A stretch of 63,839 nucleotides of DNA, filler included, from Deltaproteobacteria bacterium (GCA_030698575.1; 11 parts of 11 records of this genome joined end to end with filler, not necessarily neighbours in it), one strand, 5' to 3'; counted from the first letter of the whole stretch, positions 50,888-60,058 are shown. Notes: a model not told the origin generated them from the sequence alone. Made by a program: numbers and translations.

Positions 50888-51927
50888 GCGCCACGATTCC
50901 AAGCAAGCAGCAGCTCAAATCGTGCAAGCGCCAGCTTGCAACGGTGATCGATCTCAACAAGTGCATGGGCTGCCAGACCTGCAGCGTGGCCTGCAAGAAC
51001 ATCTGGACGCAGCGCGAAGGGACCGAGCACATGCGCTGGGCCAGCGTGGCGACCTGCCCGGGCAGCGGCTATCCGCGTGACTGGGAGAAGAAGGGCGGCG
51101 GGTTCGACGCCGAGGGTCGCCCCCGCGCCGGCCAGCTGACGACGATGGTCGACTGCGGCGACAGCTTCCAGTTCAACCACGAGGAGGCGCTGTCTCCCGG
51201 CGCCAGCGGCGGACGGCGGCTCGAACCCCGCTCGCTTCAGGGCGGCGCCCCGACCTGGGGCTACAACTGGGACGAGGATCAGGGGAAGGGCGAGTGGCCG
51301 AACCCGTACTTCTTCTACATGCCGCGCAAGTGCAACCACTGCACCAACGCGCCCTGCATCGACGCCTGCTCGCGCAACGCCATTTTCAAGCGCGAGGACG
51401 GGATCGTGGTGATCGATCAGGACCGGTGCGCGGGCCACCGTCATTGCATCGAGGCTTGCCCCTACTCGATGATCTTCTTCAACCCCGTCACGCAGAAGAG
51501 CGAGAAGTGCATCGACTGCTTTCCGCGCGTCGAGCAGGGCATCGCGCCGGCCTGCAACCGCCAGTGCGTCGGGCGAACGCGCGCGTACGGCTATCTCGAC
51601 GACCCTGAAAGCCAGGTGCACAAGCTGGTGCGCAAATGGAAGGTGGCCGTGCCGCTGCATCCAGAGTACGGCACCGAGCCCAACGTCTACTACGTGCCGC
51701 CGATGTCGCCGCTCTCCTTCGACGGCGAAGGAAAGCTCACCGAGGCCGGGCGGATTCCGATTGCCGCGCTCGAGCGGTACTTCGGCCCCGCCGTGCGGAG
51801 CGCGCTCGGCACGCTCGTGGAGGAGCGGAAGCGGCGGCAGCGAGGAGAGCCCTCGGAGCTGATGGATCTCCTGATCAGCCGGCGATGGAGTGACCGTTTC
51901 GCGGAGTTCACCCGCGAGCCGGTTTGA
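50884..51927 (+). CDS. ebdB: Ethylbenzene dehydrogenase-like Fe-S beta subunit
   Basis: DLNKCMGCQTCSVAC, CNHCTNAPC, CAGHRHC, CIDC...ACNRQC, PLHPEYGTEPNVYY. Confidence 0.88.
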   Translation: MSATIPSKQQLKSCKRQLATVIDLNKCMGCQTCSVACKNIWTQREGTEHMRWASVATCPGSGYPRDWEKKGGGFDAEGRPRAGQLTTMVDCGDSFQFNHEEALSPGASGGRRLEPRSLQGGAPTWGYNWDEDQGKGEWPNPYFFYMPRKCNHCTNAPCIDACSRNAIFKREDGIVVIDQDRCAGHRHCIEACPYSMIFFNPVTQKSEKCIDCFPRVEQGIAPACNRQCVGRTRAYGYLDDPESQVHKLVRKWKVAVPLHPEYGTEPNVYYVPPMSPLSFDGEGKLTEAGRIPIAALERYFGPAVRSALGTLVEERKRRQRGEPSELMDLLISRRWSDRFAEFTREPV

Positions 51928-51979
51928 CGCCCAGGGCCCCGGCCCCTGACAGTCGGGTAGGGCGGGATGAGGTAGCTTC

Positions 51980-52630
51980 ATGATGCGGATTCATCGTGTG
52001 GCGGTGAGTAACGCGGCGCTTCTCGAGATCGACGGGCCGGTCTGGTCGGTTCTCACGTCGCAAAGCGTCGCGCTCTCTCCATCGCCGGTGGCGATGGTGG
52101 CGGCCGTGTCTCCCCTGATGGCCCTCAGCACGAAGCACGGGAAGGTGAAGGGCTTGTCGGCGCGGATGGCGCATAACGGTGTGACCCTCAACGTGCGCAT
52201 CTCGTGGGAGGACCCGGACAAGGACGATCGGATCGAGGATCTTGATCGCTTCGTGGACGCCGCGGCGGTCCTGTTCCCGCTGGGCGAGGACGCGAACCCC
52301 TTCACGATGGGCGACGACCGCAACCCCGTGAACGCCTGGTTCTGGAAGGCCGATCGGGAGGAGCCCTTCGACGTGATTGCGCGGGGCTACAGCACGAGCC
52401 AGCGGCGGCCGGGCGGCGCGAGCGGCCTGGTCGTGCGGGCCGAGCACCGGCAGGGCGCCTGGGTCGTCGTGTTCCAGCGCCCGCTCCGGCCTGCACCCGG
52501 CGAGTTCACACACTTCGAGCCCGGCGCCACGGCGCGCGTTGCGTTCGCGGTCTGGGAGGGAAACAATGCGGATCGGGGCGGCCAGAAGGCGGTTTCGGGC
52601 GCCTTCCTCGATCTGAAGATCGATTCCTAG
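51980..52630 (+). CDS. ebdC: Ethylbenzene dehydrogenase-like heme b gamma subunit
   Basis: FVDAAAVLFP, TMG (Met ligand), PVNAWFWKA, AFAVWEG...RGGQK (Lys ligand). Confidence 0.88.
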   Translation: MMRIHRVAVSNAALLEIDGPVWSVLTSQSVALSPSPVAMVAAVSPLMALSTKHGKVKGLSARMAHNGVTLNVRISWEDPDKDDRIEDLDRFVDAAAVLFPLGEDANPFTMGDDRNPVNAWFWKADREEPFDVIARGYSTSQRRPGGASGLVVRAEHRQGAWVVVFQRPLRPAPGEFTHFEPGATARVAFAVWEGNNADRGGQKAVSGAFLDLKIDS

Positions 52631-52687
52631 GGGCGCCGGATCTCAGACGGAAACGGGATGCGCGAACAGGAAAAGGAGACATCGACC

Positions 52688-52806
52688 ATGGGCAGCCCGG
52701 GCAGGAAGGAAATTCGCTACTGGAACATTCTCCAGCCGTTGCCGGCGCCCATCCTGATCGAGCTGGCGAAGCAGGCCGAGGCTCAGGGGATCCACGGAAG
52801 CTTCGC
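52688..52806 (+). CDS. N-terminus of probable LLM-class flavin/F420 oxidoreductase (partial)
   Basis: IELAKQAEAQG pattern; SD AGGAG. Confidence 0.5.
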
Positions 52807-52945
52807 NNNNNNNNNNNNNNNNNNNNNNNNNNNNNNNNNNNNNNNNNNNNTTAATTAATTAANNNNNNNNNNNNNNNNNNNNNNNNNNNNNNNNNNNNNN
52901 NNNNNNGCTCTTGCCGCTTGCGCGGCGTACGTAAAGGGAGAGGAT

Positions 52946-52969
52946 GGCGGGGAGAGGTCTCTCCCCGCC
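52946..52969. terminator. GC-rich hairpin downstream of the 53002-54057 gene
   Basis: GGCGGGGAGAG-GT-CTCTCCCCGCC. Confidence 0.6.
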
Positions 52970-53001
52970 GCCACCCAAACCCGAAAGAACAACCTCCGAA
53001 C

Positions 53002-54057
53002 TTACTTCACGACGCCGTGCTTCTCGATCCAGGCCCACTGGGAGTCCTGAATCTCGAGGCGATGTCTTCCCTGCCACTCCTTGGGAGCGACAGAAACGAT
53101 TCGTGTCGTCTGTCTGCCGTCGGCGCTCTCGAGGCAGAGGTACAACAACCGGCTCCAGACCGCGGTCGAGAACCGCAGAGTCTGACGCGTCTCCTTCACC
53201 GGATAGAGGTACCGATGCAGTACCTGCATGGCACCTCCGAACCTCGTTTCGAGGTACTCGAATGGAGGGATACAAATGTCGCACTCACCCCACCACGCCG
53301 TCCAGGGCTTCGCGCCCTGCCGCTGCGCATTGCATTCGCTCGGGGGAAGCGGACCTTCGCTCGTCCCGACTCCCCACCGCACCTTCTCGCCGACGACCCG
53401 GGTGTTGAACGAGACCTCGACGCAGTCACCTTTGGACTTGGCGTCGGCCTCGACGGAGAGAGGGCCGCGCTTCCATCCGTGCCCGAGGTTGTCACAGTCG
53501 GTGCAGAGGACCACCCGGCCCTCCACATTGCCAACCTTGACCGTGTAGATGTGAATCGGACACGCATCGTCTGGACCTGTGTAGATGACCGGGGTGGACG
53601 TCACTCGCGCGGGTGACCCGAAGGTCATCCGATCGAATGTGTCACCCTTTTTCAGCCAAGCGAGCGTGTAGAGACTCTTGTCCACCTTCGCTTCCAGGAG
53701 TCTCATGATCTCCGGGTGCAACTTGCGGCTGTCCCGAAAGTACTCGAGGGCGAAGAACTTGAAGCATGTCTGGCTGACGATGCCCTTTGCGAGGGCCTTA
53801 TCGTCCGGCGACGCGCTCGTGCTGTCGATGGTCGTGAGGACCACCTGTCGCTCGATCGTTGATGCCTTGATCTTCTTGACGAACTCGGGCTTGAGCGCCG
53901 CGGGAACCTGCATGAGGTCCACGCTCCGCTCGACGCTGTCGCACACGGGATTCTCTCCCACGCGCGACCAGTCCTTGTAGCCCTCCCGGGCAATGGCCGT
54001 AGATGCCGTCGCCAGGATTACCGCGGTGATGAGAATCGCGAACTTTGCATAGCGCAT
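53002..54057 (-). CDS. Secreted Cys-rich hypothetical protein (351 aa)
   Basis: SD AGGAGA, signal peptide MRYAKFAILITAVILATASTAIA, about 10 Cys including CTDC and CDIC. Confidence 0.75.
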   Translation of the reverse strand: MRYAKFAILITAVILATASTAIAREGYKDWSRVGENPVCDSVERSVDLMQVPAALKPEFVKKIKASTIERQVVLTTIDSTSASPDDKALAKGIVSQTCFKFFALEYFRDSRKLHPEIMRLLEAKVDKSLYTLAWLKKGDTFDRMTFGSPARVTSTPVIYTGPDDACPIHIYTVKVGNVEGRVVLCTDCDNLGHGWKRGPLSVEADAKSKGDCVEVSFNTRVVGEKVRWGVGTSEGPLPPSECNAQRQGAKPWTAWWGECDICIPPFEYLETRFGGAMQVLHRYLYPVKETRQTLRFSTAVWSRLLYLCLESADGRQTTRIVSVAPKEWQGRHRLEIQDSQWAWIEKHGVVK

Positions 54058-54076
54058 CGCTGGTCTCCTTTGTTGG

Positions 54077-54877
54077 TCACTTGTGCAGGATGTAGTGCAT
54101 GTCCATGGGGACATTGATCCCCTGGACGTTTTCTTGGGGCAACCTCGGAAACGGTGCGGCCTGACGAATTGCCTCGACGGCGTTTCTATCAAGCGCCTCA
54201 TTCCCTGATGTTCGCATTACTTCGGTAAACGAGAGTTCACCGTTCTTCTTAATGCCGAAGCGCACCATGAGTGTCCCACCACTTTTCCGCCGGTCGATTT
54301 CTTCCGGTGGGTAGCGGAACTTCCCCTTGATACGTTTCCTGACGATGTCGAAGTAGGACGACCACTGAGGATCATCGGCTGCGTAGATGTCTACTTCCTT
54401 CCAGCCGCCATCCTTGTGACCTTGCCCTACCAGGGCATTGCCCGATTCAGCACCTGCCGTTGCGGCTGTTGCCACCGAACCTCCTGCCGCTTGCGGTTGA
54501 ACCGCTGCGACTGGTCGTTCCGGCTGATGAACTGGTTCCCTAGCTTTGGTCGCTTTCGCGACCTGTCGCGGTTCCGCCTGCCTCACAACCGGTTCCTTGC
54601 GGGTCGGTGTGGGAGGAGCTTTTGCGACCGTTGGTCGCGGTGGCTGCTTCGGCGTCGGCGGCGCCTTGCGGACCGCACGCTTTGGCGTTGCGGCAGGCGG
54701 GACTGGTGTCCCTGTCTTCCGCATGTCCGTGGCCGTGCCCTTCGGTGGGGGTGCTTCCAGCGTCATGGTGATCGTCGCGGGCAGAGAGCGCTCTCTGAAA
54801 GACAGGGCCGTAACCGCTGAAACATGCAGAACGAGTGATGCGAGAATGATGCCTACGCAGCGTGTCCGCTGGGTCAT
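54077..54877 (-). CDS. TonB-family protein
   Basis: TM SLVLH, Pro/Lys/Ala linker, YFDIVRKRIKGKFRYP...TSGNEALDRNAVEAIRQAAPFP. Confidence 0.85.
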   Translation of the reverse strand: MTQRTRCVGIILASLVLHVSAVTALSFRERSLPATITMTLEAPPPKGTATDMRKTGTPVPPAATPKRAVRKAPPTPKQPPRPTVAKAPPTPTRKEPVVRQAEPRQVAKATKAREPVHQPERPVAAVQPQAAGGSVATAATAGAESGNALVGQGHKDGGWKEVDIYAADDPQWSSYFDIVRKRIKGKFRYPPEEIDRRKSGGTLMVRFGIKKNGELSFTEVMRTSGNEALDRNAVEAIRQAAPFPRLPQENVQGINVPMDMHYILHK

Positions 54878-54969
54878 GTCCGACGTTCCTTTCTCCCCTT
54901 GCGGGGTTAGTAGTTATCAGAAAGAACATCCCCTCCCATTGTGGAGAGACAGCCGACCTCTATCTAGAG

Positions 54970-55647
54970 TTAGATAGAAATCGAGTGTCTTTCAACAAAG
55001 TCTGCGACAACAACGAAGCGGTCACTCTTCGCACCGAAGGTGTCACAGGTTGCGAGCGTGAGCACGCGCCCCGACACCTGGAGCGGAATCGCCGCGTTGT
55101 TCGCGCTCTCCTTCGTCACGCTCCTCACCCGATACGTATATGCCGTACCAGATGAAGAAACGGTGACGAGGTCTCCCGCGACGAGCTTCTGGATTTCATT
55201 GAAGGTTTTGTACGCTTGATTGCGCACAACCGGCAAGTAGCTCGAGTGGCCAAAGAGGACGACGTTCCCCGTCTCGCCAAGTTTGGCCGACGTCGGGTAG
55301 CGCACCGCTCCCTTCAGGAGCGCCTGGTCCAGAATCTTGATGTCAACCGTCGTCGGGTTCGCGATAGTCGCCGAGAGGCCGATGGCCGGAATGGCTATCT
55401 TGGTTGGTAGTTCGGCGACCATCGGCGCGGGAGCTTCTACACGCGCCGAAGTTGTCGTACTCGCTGTCAGAGCCGGAGCTGCCACTACCGAAACAGAGGA
55501 AACCTCCGGCAAGAGGTCAAGCGAACCAAGCACGCCGACGCTCGAGAAAAACACCACGAAGAAAAAGCCGAGGAAGCTCCACTTCCTCCCATAGGCCCGC
55601 TTGCCGGCTTGGATAAGCCGTGCGGTGAGTTCAATATACTTGCTCAT
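54970..55647 (-). CDS. Sortase
   Basis: N-terminal TM, IAIPAIG, GNVVLFGHSS, TLATC...SDR catalytic H/C/R. Confidence 0.92.
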   Translation of the reverse strand: MSKYIELTARLIQAGKRAYGRKWSFLGFFFVVFFSSVGVLGSLDLLPEVSSVSVVAAPALTASTTTSARVEAPAPMVAELPTKIAIPAIGLSATIANPTTVDIKILDQALLKGAVRYPTSAKLGETGNVVLFGHSSYLPVVRNQAYKTFNEIQKLVAGDLVTVSSSGTAYTYRVRSVTKESANNAAIPLQVSGRVLTLATCDTFGAKSDRFVVVADFVERHSISI

Positions 55648-55683
55648 ATCGTCTTACCTAGACATACACTATGGTATCAATCC

Positions 55684-55721
55684 TGTCAAGTGCTTGACAA
55701 AATATGAGTAGTGAGTATACT
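55684..55721 (+). promoter_or_regulatory. Back-to-back -35 boxes (TGTCAA-GTGC-TTGACA) and TATACT -10
   Basis: TTGACA 55694-55699, TATACT 55716-55721; reverse TTGACA 55689-55684 toward the sortase gene. Confidence 0.65.
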
Positions 55722-55788
55722 CGTGATTAGAGGGAAAACAATTCGCCACATGGCGCTGCTTTAAACCCGCAGAGAAGGAGATCTTTCC

Positions 55789-56394
55789 ATGAAAACCATG
55801 AGGACGGCTGTGCTGTTCGTGATGCTGGTCCTGGGCCTCGGGCTCCAGGGCTGCGCCACCGTCGCCGGGCCCTTCAACGGGCTCGGAAGCGACGAGATGA
55901 GCATGCTGCTCGTCTACCGGGTGGACGGGCTTCCCGTCACCGGAGAGAACTACCGTGCGGTAGCCGCCGCCGCGCAGGAGATGGGGGTGATAATCTCACC
56001 CCAGCTCTCTTCGGCGGCCGAAGCCGGCGCTACTTCCGGTCTCGCCTACGGCAACGCTTACGCCGCCGGCGGAGCCGCGCAGGGGCTCTTCTTCGGACCG
56101 GTAGGCGCGGCGGCTGGCGCTGCCGTCGGTGGCATCTCCGGCGCACTCGGTGGTGTAATCACCGGAGTGACGACGGCGGCATTCGCGAACGTCCACGCCA
56201 TCGCAAAGGCGGTGGACGACAGGCTCACGTATCTGCGCACGGAAGGCAGAGTGAACCATCTTGCCTTCGTGCGCGTCACGGGAGCATTCATCCGGAGCCG
56301 AAACAACATCGGCTCCCCCGCACCGTCTCTTCGGGAGAAAATGCCCGACTGGAGCGGGCCACCGGCGGGAACGCCGGTACAGCAGAAGAAGTAG
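55789..56394 (+). CDS. Lipoprotein with glycine-zipper-like segment
   Basis: Lipobox LQGC, GAAAGAAVGGISGALGG; SD AGGAGA. Confidence 0.75.
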   Translation: MKTMRTAVLFVMLVLGLGLQGCATVAGPFNGLGSDEMSMLLVYRVDGLPVTGENYRAVAAAAQEMGVIISPQLSSAAEAGATSGLAYGNAYAAGGAAQGLFFGPVGAAAGAAVGGISGALGGVITGVTTAAFANVHAIAKAVDDRLTYLRTEGRVNHLAFVRVTGAFIRSRNNIGSPAPSLREKMPDWSGPPAGTPVQQKK

Positions 56395-56403
56395 AGCAAC
56401 GAA

Positions 56404-56447
56404 AATCGCTCGGTTCCCACTCTGGGAGCCGAGCGATTCGATTTTTA
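56404..56447. terminator. Bidirectional terminator hairpin
   Basis: AATCGCTCGGTTCCCA/TGGGAGCCGAGCGATT between convergent genes. Confidence 0.7.
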
Positions 56448-56453
56448 TATACG

Positions 56454-56957
56454 TTATTGCCCCGCTTTCTCAACCTTCAAAAGCTCGACTTCAAATACGA
56501 GCGTTGAGTTCGCCGGAATAATATTCTCGATGGCCTGGTCCCCATACGCAAGAGCGGCCGGGATGACGAGCTGACGTTTGCCGCCCACTTTCATACCGAC
56601 AATTCCGCGGTCCCAGCCCGCAATCACCTGCCCCGCTCCGAGTACGAAACTGAAGCCGGTGGTTCCGTGATTGGCAGAGGCATCAAAAATAGTTCCGTTG
56701 GTGAGCGAACCGACATAATGCACGGTGACCGTATCGCCCACTGCGGCAGCGGCACCCGTGCCCAGAACCTCGTCAGTCATCTGTAATTGTGTAGCGTCGG
56801 GCATAGGAGTGATAGTTTGAGTAGTAGTGGCGGCCCCAAGCACGGCCGCTTCATCGGCACTCGGTTGATTAAACGGTGACAGGCCCGGGAAAATAAAAAA
56901 TGCGGCAACGACGACAAGCGCGAGCGCGACGGCGATACCAGTTGGGGTTGGTTGCAT
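56454..56957 (-). CDS. FKBP-type peptidyl-prolyl isomerase with N-terminal TM
   Basis: VTVHYVGSL...FDAS, VIAGWDRG, IPAALAYG, IPANSTLVFEVEL. Confidence 0.95.
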   Translation of the reverse strand: MQPTPTGIAVALALVVVAAFFIFPGLSPFNQPSADEAAVLGAATTTQTITPMPDATQLQMTDEVLGTGAAAAVGDTVTVHYVGSLTNGTIFDASANHGTTGFSFVLGAGQVIAGWDRGIVGMKVGGKRQLVIPAALAYGDQAIENIIPANSTLVFEVELLKVEKAGQ

Positions 56958-56967
56958 ATGATTAGTA

Positions 56968-57264
56968 TTATACAGCTTGAAATGCTTTAAAGCGCTTCAC
57001 TTCCTCCGCGACCGCTGCCTTCGCGACTGCCTCGTGCGTCGGAACTTCGGTGTCAAGAAATGCCTTGAGTGCGCTCGCATCCCCCGCCTCCGAGAGCTTC
57101 GCGAATTCTTCGCGCTTCCCTTCCGGCAGTTTCTCAAGCACCGAAAGCGTCGCAGACTTGAGCGCCACTTCGCCGAACTGCGCAATCAAGGCCTGTTGTT
57201 CTTCACGCGGCAAACCCTGTATGCCGAGATCGGCGGCAATCGCGGCGGTCAGTTCATTTGGCAT
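56968..57264 (-). CDS. DUF5663-like small helical protein (Patescibacteria-typical)
   Basis: DLGIQGLPREEQQ...VLEKLPE...EEF...FLDTEVP pattern, recognised from memory. Confidence 0.65.
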   Translation of the reverse strand: MPNELTAAIAADLGIQGLPREEQQALIAQFGEVALKSATLSVLEKLPEGKREEFAKLSEAGDASALKAFLDTEVPTHEAVAKAAVAEEVKRFKAFQAV

Positions 57265-57287
57265 GGGAGATATCATAGCATGAGTAA

Positions 57288-57539
57288 TTACGGTGCCTGA
57301 ATAGTAGCGTTGATAGACGGGTCCACACTGCCGGTAGCGGCAAAGTTCGTTCCTCCTTGGGGTTGAACGCCCGGCTTCACAACTTCCCTAAGATCATCTA
57401 TGGTGGGAAGCTTCATGTCCTTTAGCGCCGGATCCATAGTATCGTCTGCGATCATCGGACGAGATATTTCAGTTGATTCCCCGGCCTGCAGTGGATTGTC
57501 TGGGTTTATGGTCTCGACGGAGGCGTCGAACCAATGCAT
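57288..57539 (-). CDS. Small hypothetical protein
   Basis: 83-aa ORF co-oriented with neighbours; frame is open to the contig end. Confidence 0.45.
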   Translation of the reverse strand: MHWFDASVETINPDNPLQAGESTEISRPMIADDTMDPALKDMKLPTIDDLREVVKPGVQPQGGTNFAATGSVDPSINATIQAP

Positions 57540-57655
57540 TCTGCTTATACTATGANNNNNNNNNNNNNNNNNNNNNNNNNNNNNNNNNNNNNNNNNNNNT
57601 TAATTAATTAANNNNNNNNNNNNNNNNNNNNNNNNNNNNNNNNNNNNNNNNNNNN

Positions 57656-59032
57656 GGAAAGGTGCTGCGGGTTCTCCCCGGCATGCAGGCCGCATTCGTC
57701 GACGTAGGCCTCGAGAAAGCGGCCTTCCTCTACGTCTCGGACTTCTACGAAGAGATGGACGAATACGAGGTGGGGTCGGAGAAGAGCTTCGATGACGAGG
57801 ACCCGCGCGGACGCCGCCACGGCGGCGGCATGCCGCGGATCCAGGATCTGCTGAAAGAGGGCCAGGAGATTCTCGTCCAGATCGCCAAGGAGCCCATGGG
57901 GACCAAGGGCGCCCGCATCACCTCACACGTCTCGCTTCCGGGGCGTAACCTGGTCTTCATGCCCTACGTGAACCATGTGGGCGTTTCACGGAGGCTCGAG
58001 AGCGACAAGGAACGGCGGCGGCTGCGCGAGATCGTTCTCAAAGCAAAGCCTCCGGGCTGCGGTTTCATCGTGCGAACCGCCAGCAGCGGGATCACGGCGG
58101 AGGAGTTGCACGCCGACATGGACTACCTGGTGAAGCTTTGGGAGCAGATCCGCGAGCGGAAGGAAGAGGTGCAGGCGCCCAATCTCGTCCACGAGGAGCT
58201 GCCGCTTACCCTGCGAGCGGTGCGAGACCTCTACACGAACGAGGTCGACAAGCTGATCATCGATGAAGAGACCAAGCTGACCCAAATCCAGGATTTCGTC
58301 CGCACCTTCATGCCGGCCTCGAAGCACAACGTGATTCACTACGACAAGAACGACCCCATCTTCGACCACTTCAGCATCGAGGTGGACATCGACGAGGCGC
58401 TGCGGCGGAAGGTCTGGCTGAAGTCGGGCGGCTACATCATTGTCGAGCAGACCGAGGCGCTCACTTCCATCGACGTCAATACCGGGCGCTACGTCGGGAA
58501 ACGCAGTCTGGAAGAGACCATCCTGAAGACGAACCTCGAGGCGGCGAAGGAGATCGTTTACCAGCTGAAGTTCCGGAACATCGGCGGGATCATCATCGTC
58601 GACTTCATCGACATGGAGAGCATGTCGAATCGCGAGAAGGTTTACAGCGCGTTCCGTGAGGCCCTGCGACGAGACAAGTCGAAGACGAACATCCTGAAAA
58701 TCAGTGAGCTGGGCCTCGTCGAGATGACACGAAAGCGGACGCGGGAGAACATCAACCAGATTCTTTGCGAGTCCTGCCCGTACTGCGAGGGGAGAGGGTT
58801 CGTCAAGTCGAAGGTGAGCATCTGCTACAAGATCTTCCGCGAAGTGAAGCGGGAGGCCAGCAACTTCCGTGGGCAGAAAATCGTCGTAAACACCCACCCG
58901 GAAGTGGCCGACATGCTCTACGATGAAGAGCACGTGGCCATCGAGGCGCTCGAGAAGGCGACGGGCAAGACGGTGATCATCCGCGCCAAGCCGACACTCC
59001 ACCAGGAGTCCTTCGAGATTCACGGCATCTGA
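57656..59032 (+). CDS. rng: Ribonuclease G (Rne/Rng family), 5'-truncated
   Basis: LPGMQAAFVD, KGARIT, IDVNTG, GGIIIVDFIDM, GLVEMTRKR, CPYCEGRG. Confidence 0.95.
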   Translation, partial: GKVLRVLPGMQAAFVDVGLEKAAFLYVSDFYEEMDEYEVGSEKSFDDEDPRGRRHGGGMPRIQDLLKEGQEILVQIAKEPMGTKGARITSHVSLPGRNLVFMPYVNHVGVSRRLESDKERRRLREIVLKAKPPGCGFIVRTASSGITAEELHADMDYLVKLWEQIRERKEEVQAPNLVHEELPLTLRAVRDLYTNEVDKLIIDEETKLTQIQDFVRTFMPASKHNVIHYDKNDPIFDHFSIEVDIDEALRRKVWLKSGGYIIVEQTEALTSIDVNTGRYVGKRSLEETILKTNLEAAKEIVYQLKFRNIGGIIIVDFIDMESMSNREKVYSAFREALRRDKSKTNILKISELGLVEMTRKRTRENINQILCESCPYCEGRGFVKSKVSICYKIFREVKREASNFRGQKIVVNTHPEVADMLYDEEHVAIEALEKATGKTVIIRAKPTLHQESFEIHGI

Positions 59033-59054
59033 TTCAATCCACCGCCAGGAACTC

Positions 59055-59627
59055 ATGAGCGAACCGATCTACGTGGTCTCGGGCCTTCCCCGCTCGGGCA
59101 CCTCCATGATGATGAAAATGCTCGAGGATGGAGGGCTGCCGCCTCTCCTGGACGGAATCCGCAAGGCCGACGATGACAACCCGAAGGGGTATTACGAGTT
59201 CGAGCGCGTCAAGAAGCTGAAGCAGGACAAGGCCTGGCTGCCCGAAGCGCAGGGCAAGGTCGTGAAGGTCATCTCCCAGCTGCTCTTCGAGCTCCCGGAA
59301 GGGTTCGAGTACCGCATCGTCTTCGTCCGGCGAAGCATCGCCGAGATTCTCGCCTCGCAGCAACAAATGATGATCCGGCGGGGGACACTCAAGGAGGGCG
59401 ATGTCGGGGATGACAAGATGCGCGACCTCCTGCTTCGTCACCTCGACCAGGTCTTCAGGTGGCTCGCCGGTCAGGCGCAAATGAAGTACGCGGAGGTGGA
59501 CTACAACAAGATGCTGCAGGATCCAGGGGAAGCCATCGGGCGCATCAACGCCCTCTGCGGAGGGAAGCTCGACACGGCAGCCATGGCGAGGGTCGTTGAC
59601 ACGGCCCTGTACCGGCAGCGCAAATAG
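59055..59627 (+). CDS. Sulfotransferase-family protein
   Basis: VVSGLPRSGTSMMM PAPS loop, NPKGYYE. Confidence 0.85.
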   Translation: MSEPIYVVSGLPRSGTSMMMKMLEDGGLPPLLDGIRKADDDNPKGYYEFERVKKLKQDKAWLPEAQGKVVKVISQLLFELPEGFEYRIVFVRRSIAEILASQQQMMIRRGTLKEGDVGDDKMRDLLLRHLDQVFRWLAGQAQMKYAEVDYNKMLQDPGEAIGRINALCGGKLDTAAMARVVDTALYRQRK

Positions 59628-59636
59628 CGGCGGGGG

Positions 59637-59665
59637 TTGACAGCCCCGGATCCATTCCATACACT
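59637..59665 (+). promoter_or_regulatory. Sigma70 promoter of rplU-rpmA
   Basis: TTGACA-17-TACACT. Confidence 0.8.
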
Positions 59666-59749
59666 CCCGCCTTTCCTCAATGGCCCTAAGGGTTTAGGGC
59701 CCTCCCGCCGCGCCCGTCGAGGCGCCACGGGACAGCACTCGAGGCAACC

Positions 59750-60058
59750 GTGTACGCGGTAATCAAGACAGGCGGCAAGCAATACAAGGTGGAAGTCGGC
59801 GGCAAGCTCCGCGTCGAGAAGCTCGAGGGAGAGGTCGGCGACGTGGTCCGGCTCGAGGAGGTGCTCCTCGTCAGCGGCGAGAGCCCGGTTATCGGCCGGC
59901 CCCTCATCGAGAACGCCAGCGTGGAGGCCAGGATCCTCGAACAGGATCGCGCGAAGAAGATCAAGGTGTACAAGAAGAAGCGCCGCCAGGGGTATGAGCG
60001 CACCAAGGGACACCGGCAGCCCTACACCCGGCTCGAGATCCAGAAGATCAACGCCTGA
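59750..60058 (+). CDS. rplU: 50S ribosomal protein L21
   Basis: YAVIKTGGKQYKV, GHRQPYT. Confidence 0.98.
   Translation: MYAVIKTGGKQYKVEVGGKLRVEKLEGEVGDVVRLEEVLLVSGESPVIGRPLIENASVEARILEQDRAKKIKVYKKKRRQGYERTKGHRQPYTRLEIQKINA

Noticed and set aside
52907-52913. Third contig starting with GCTCTTG
   Set aside because: The match ends after 7 nt; treated as coincidence.
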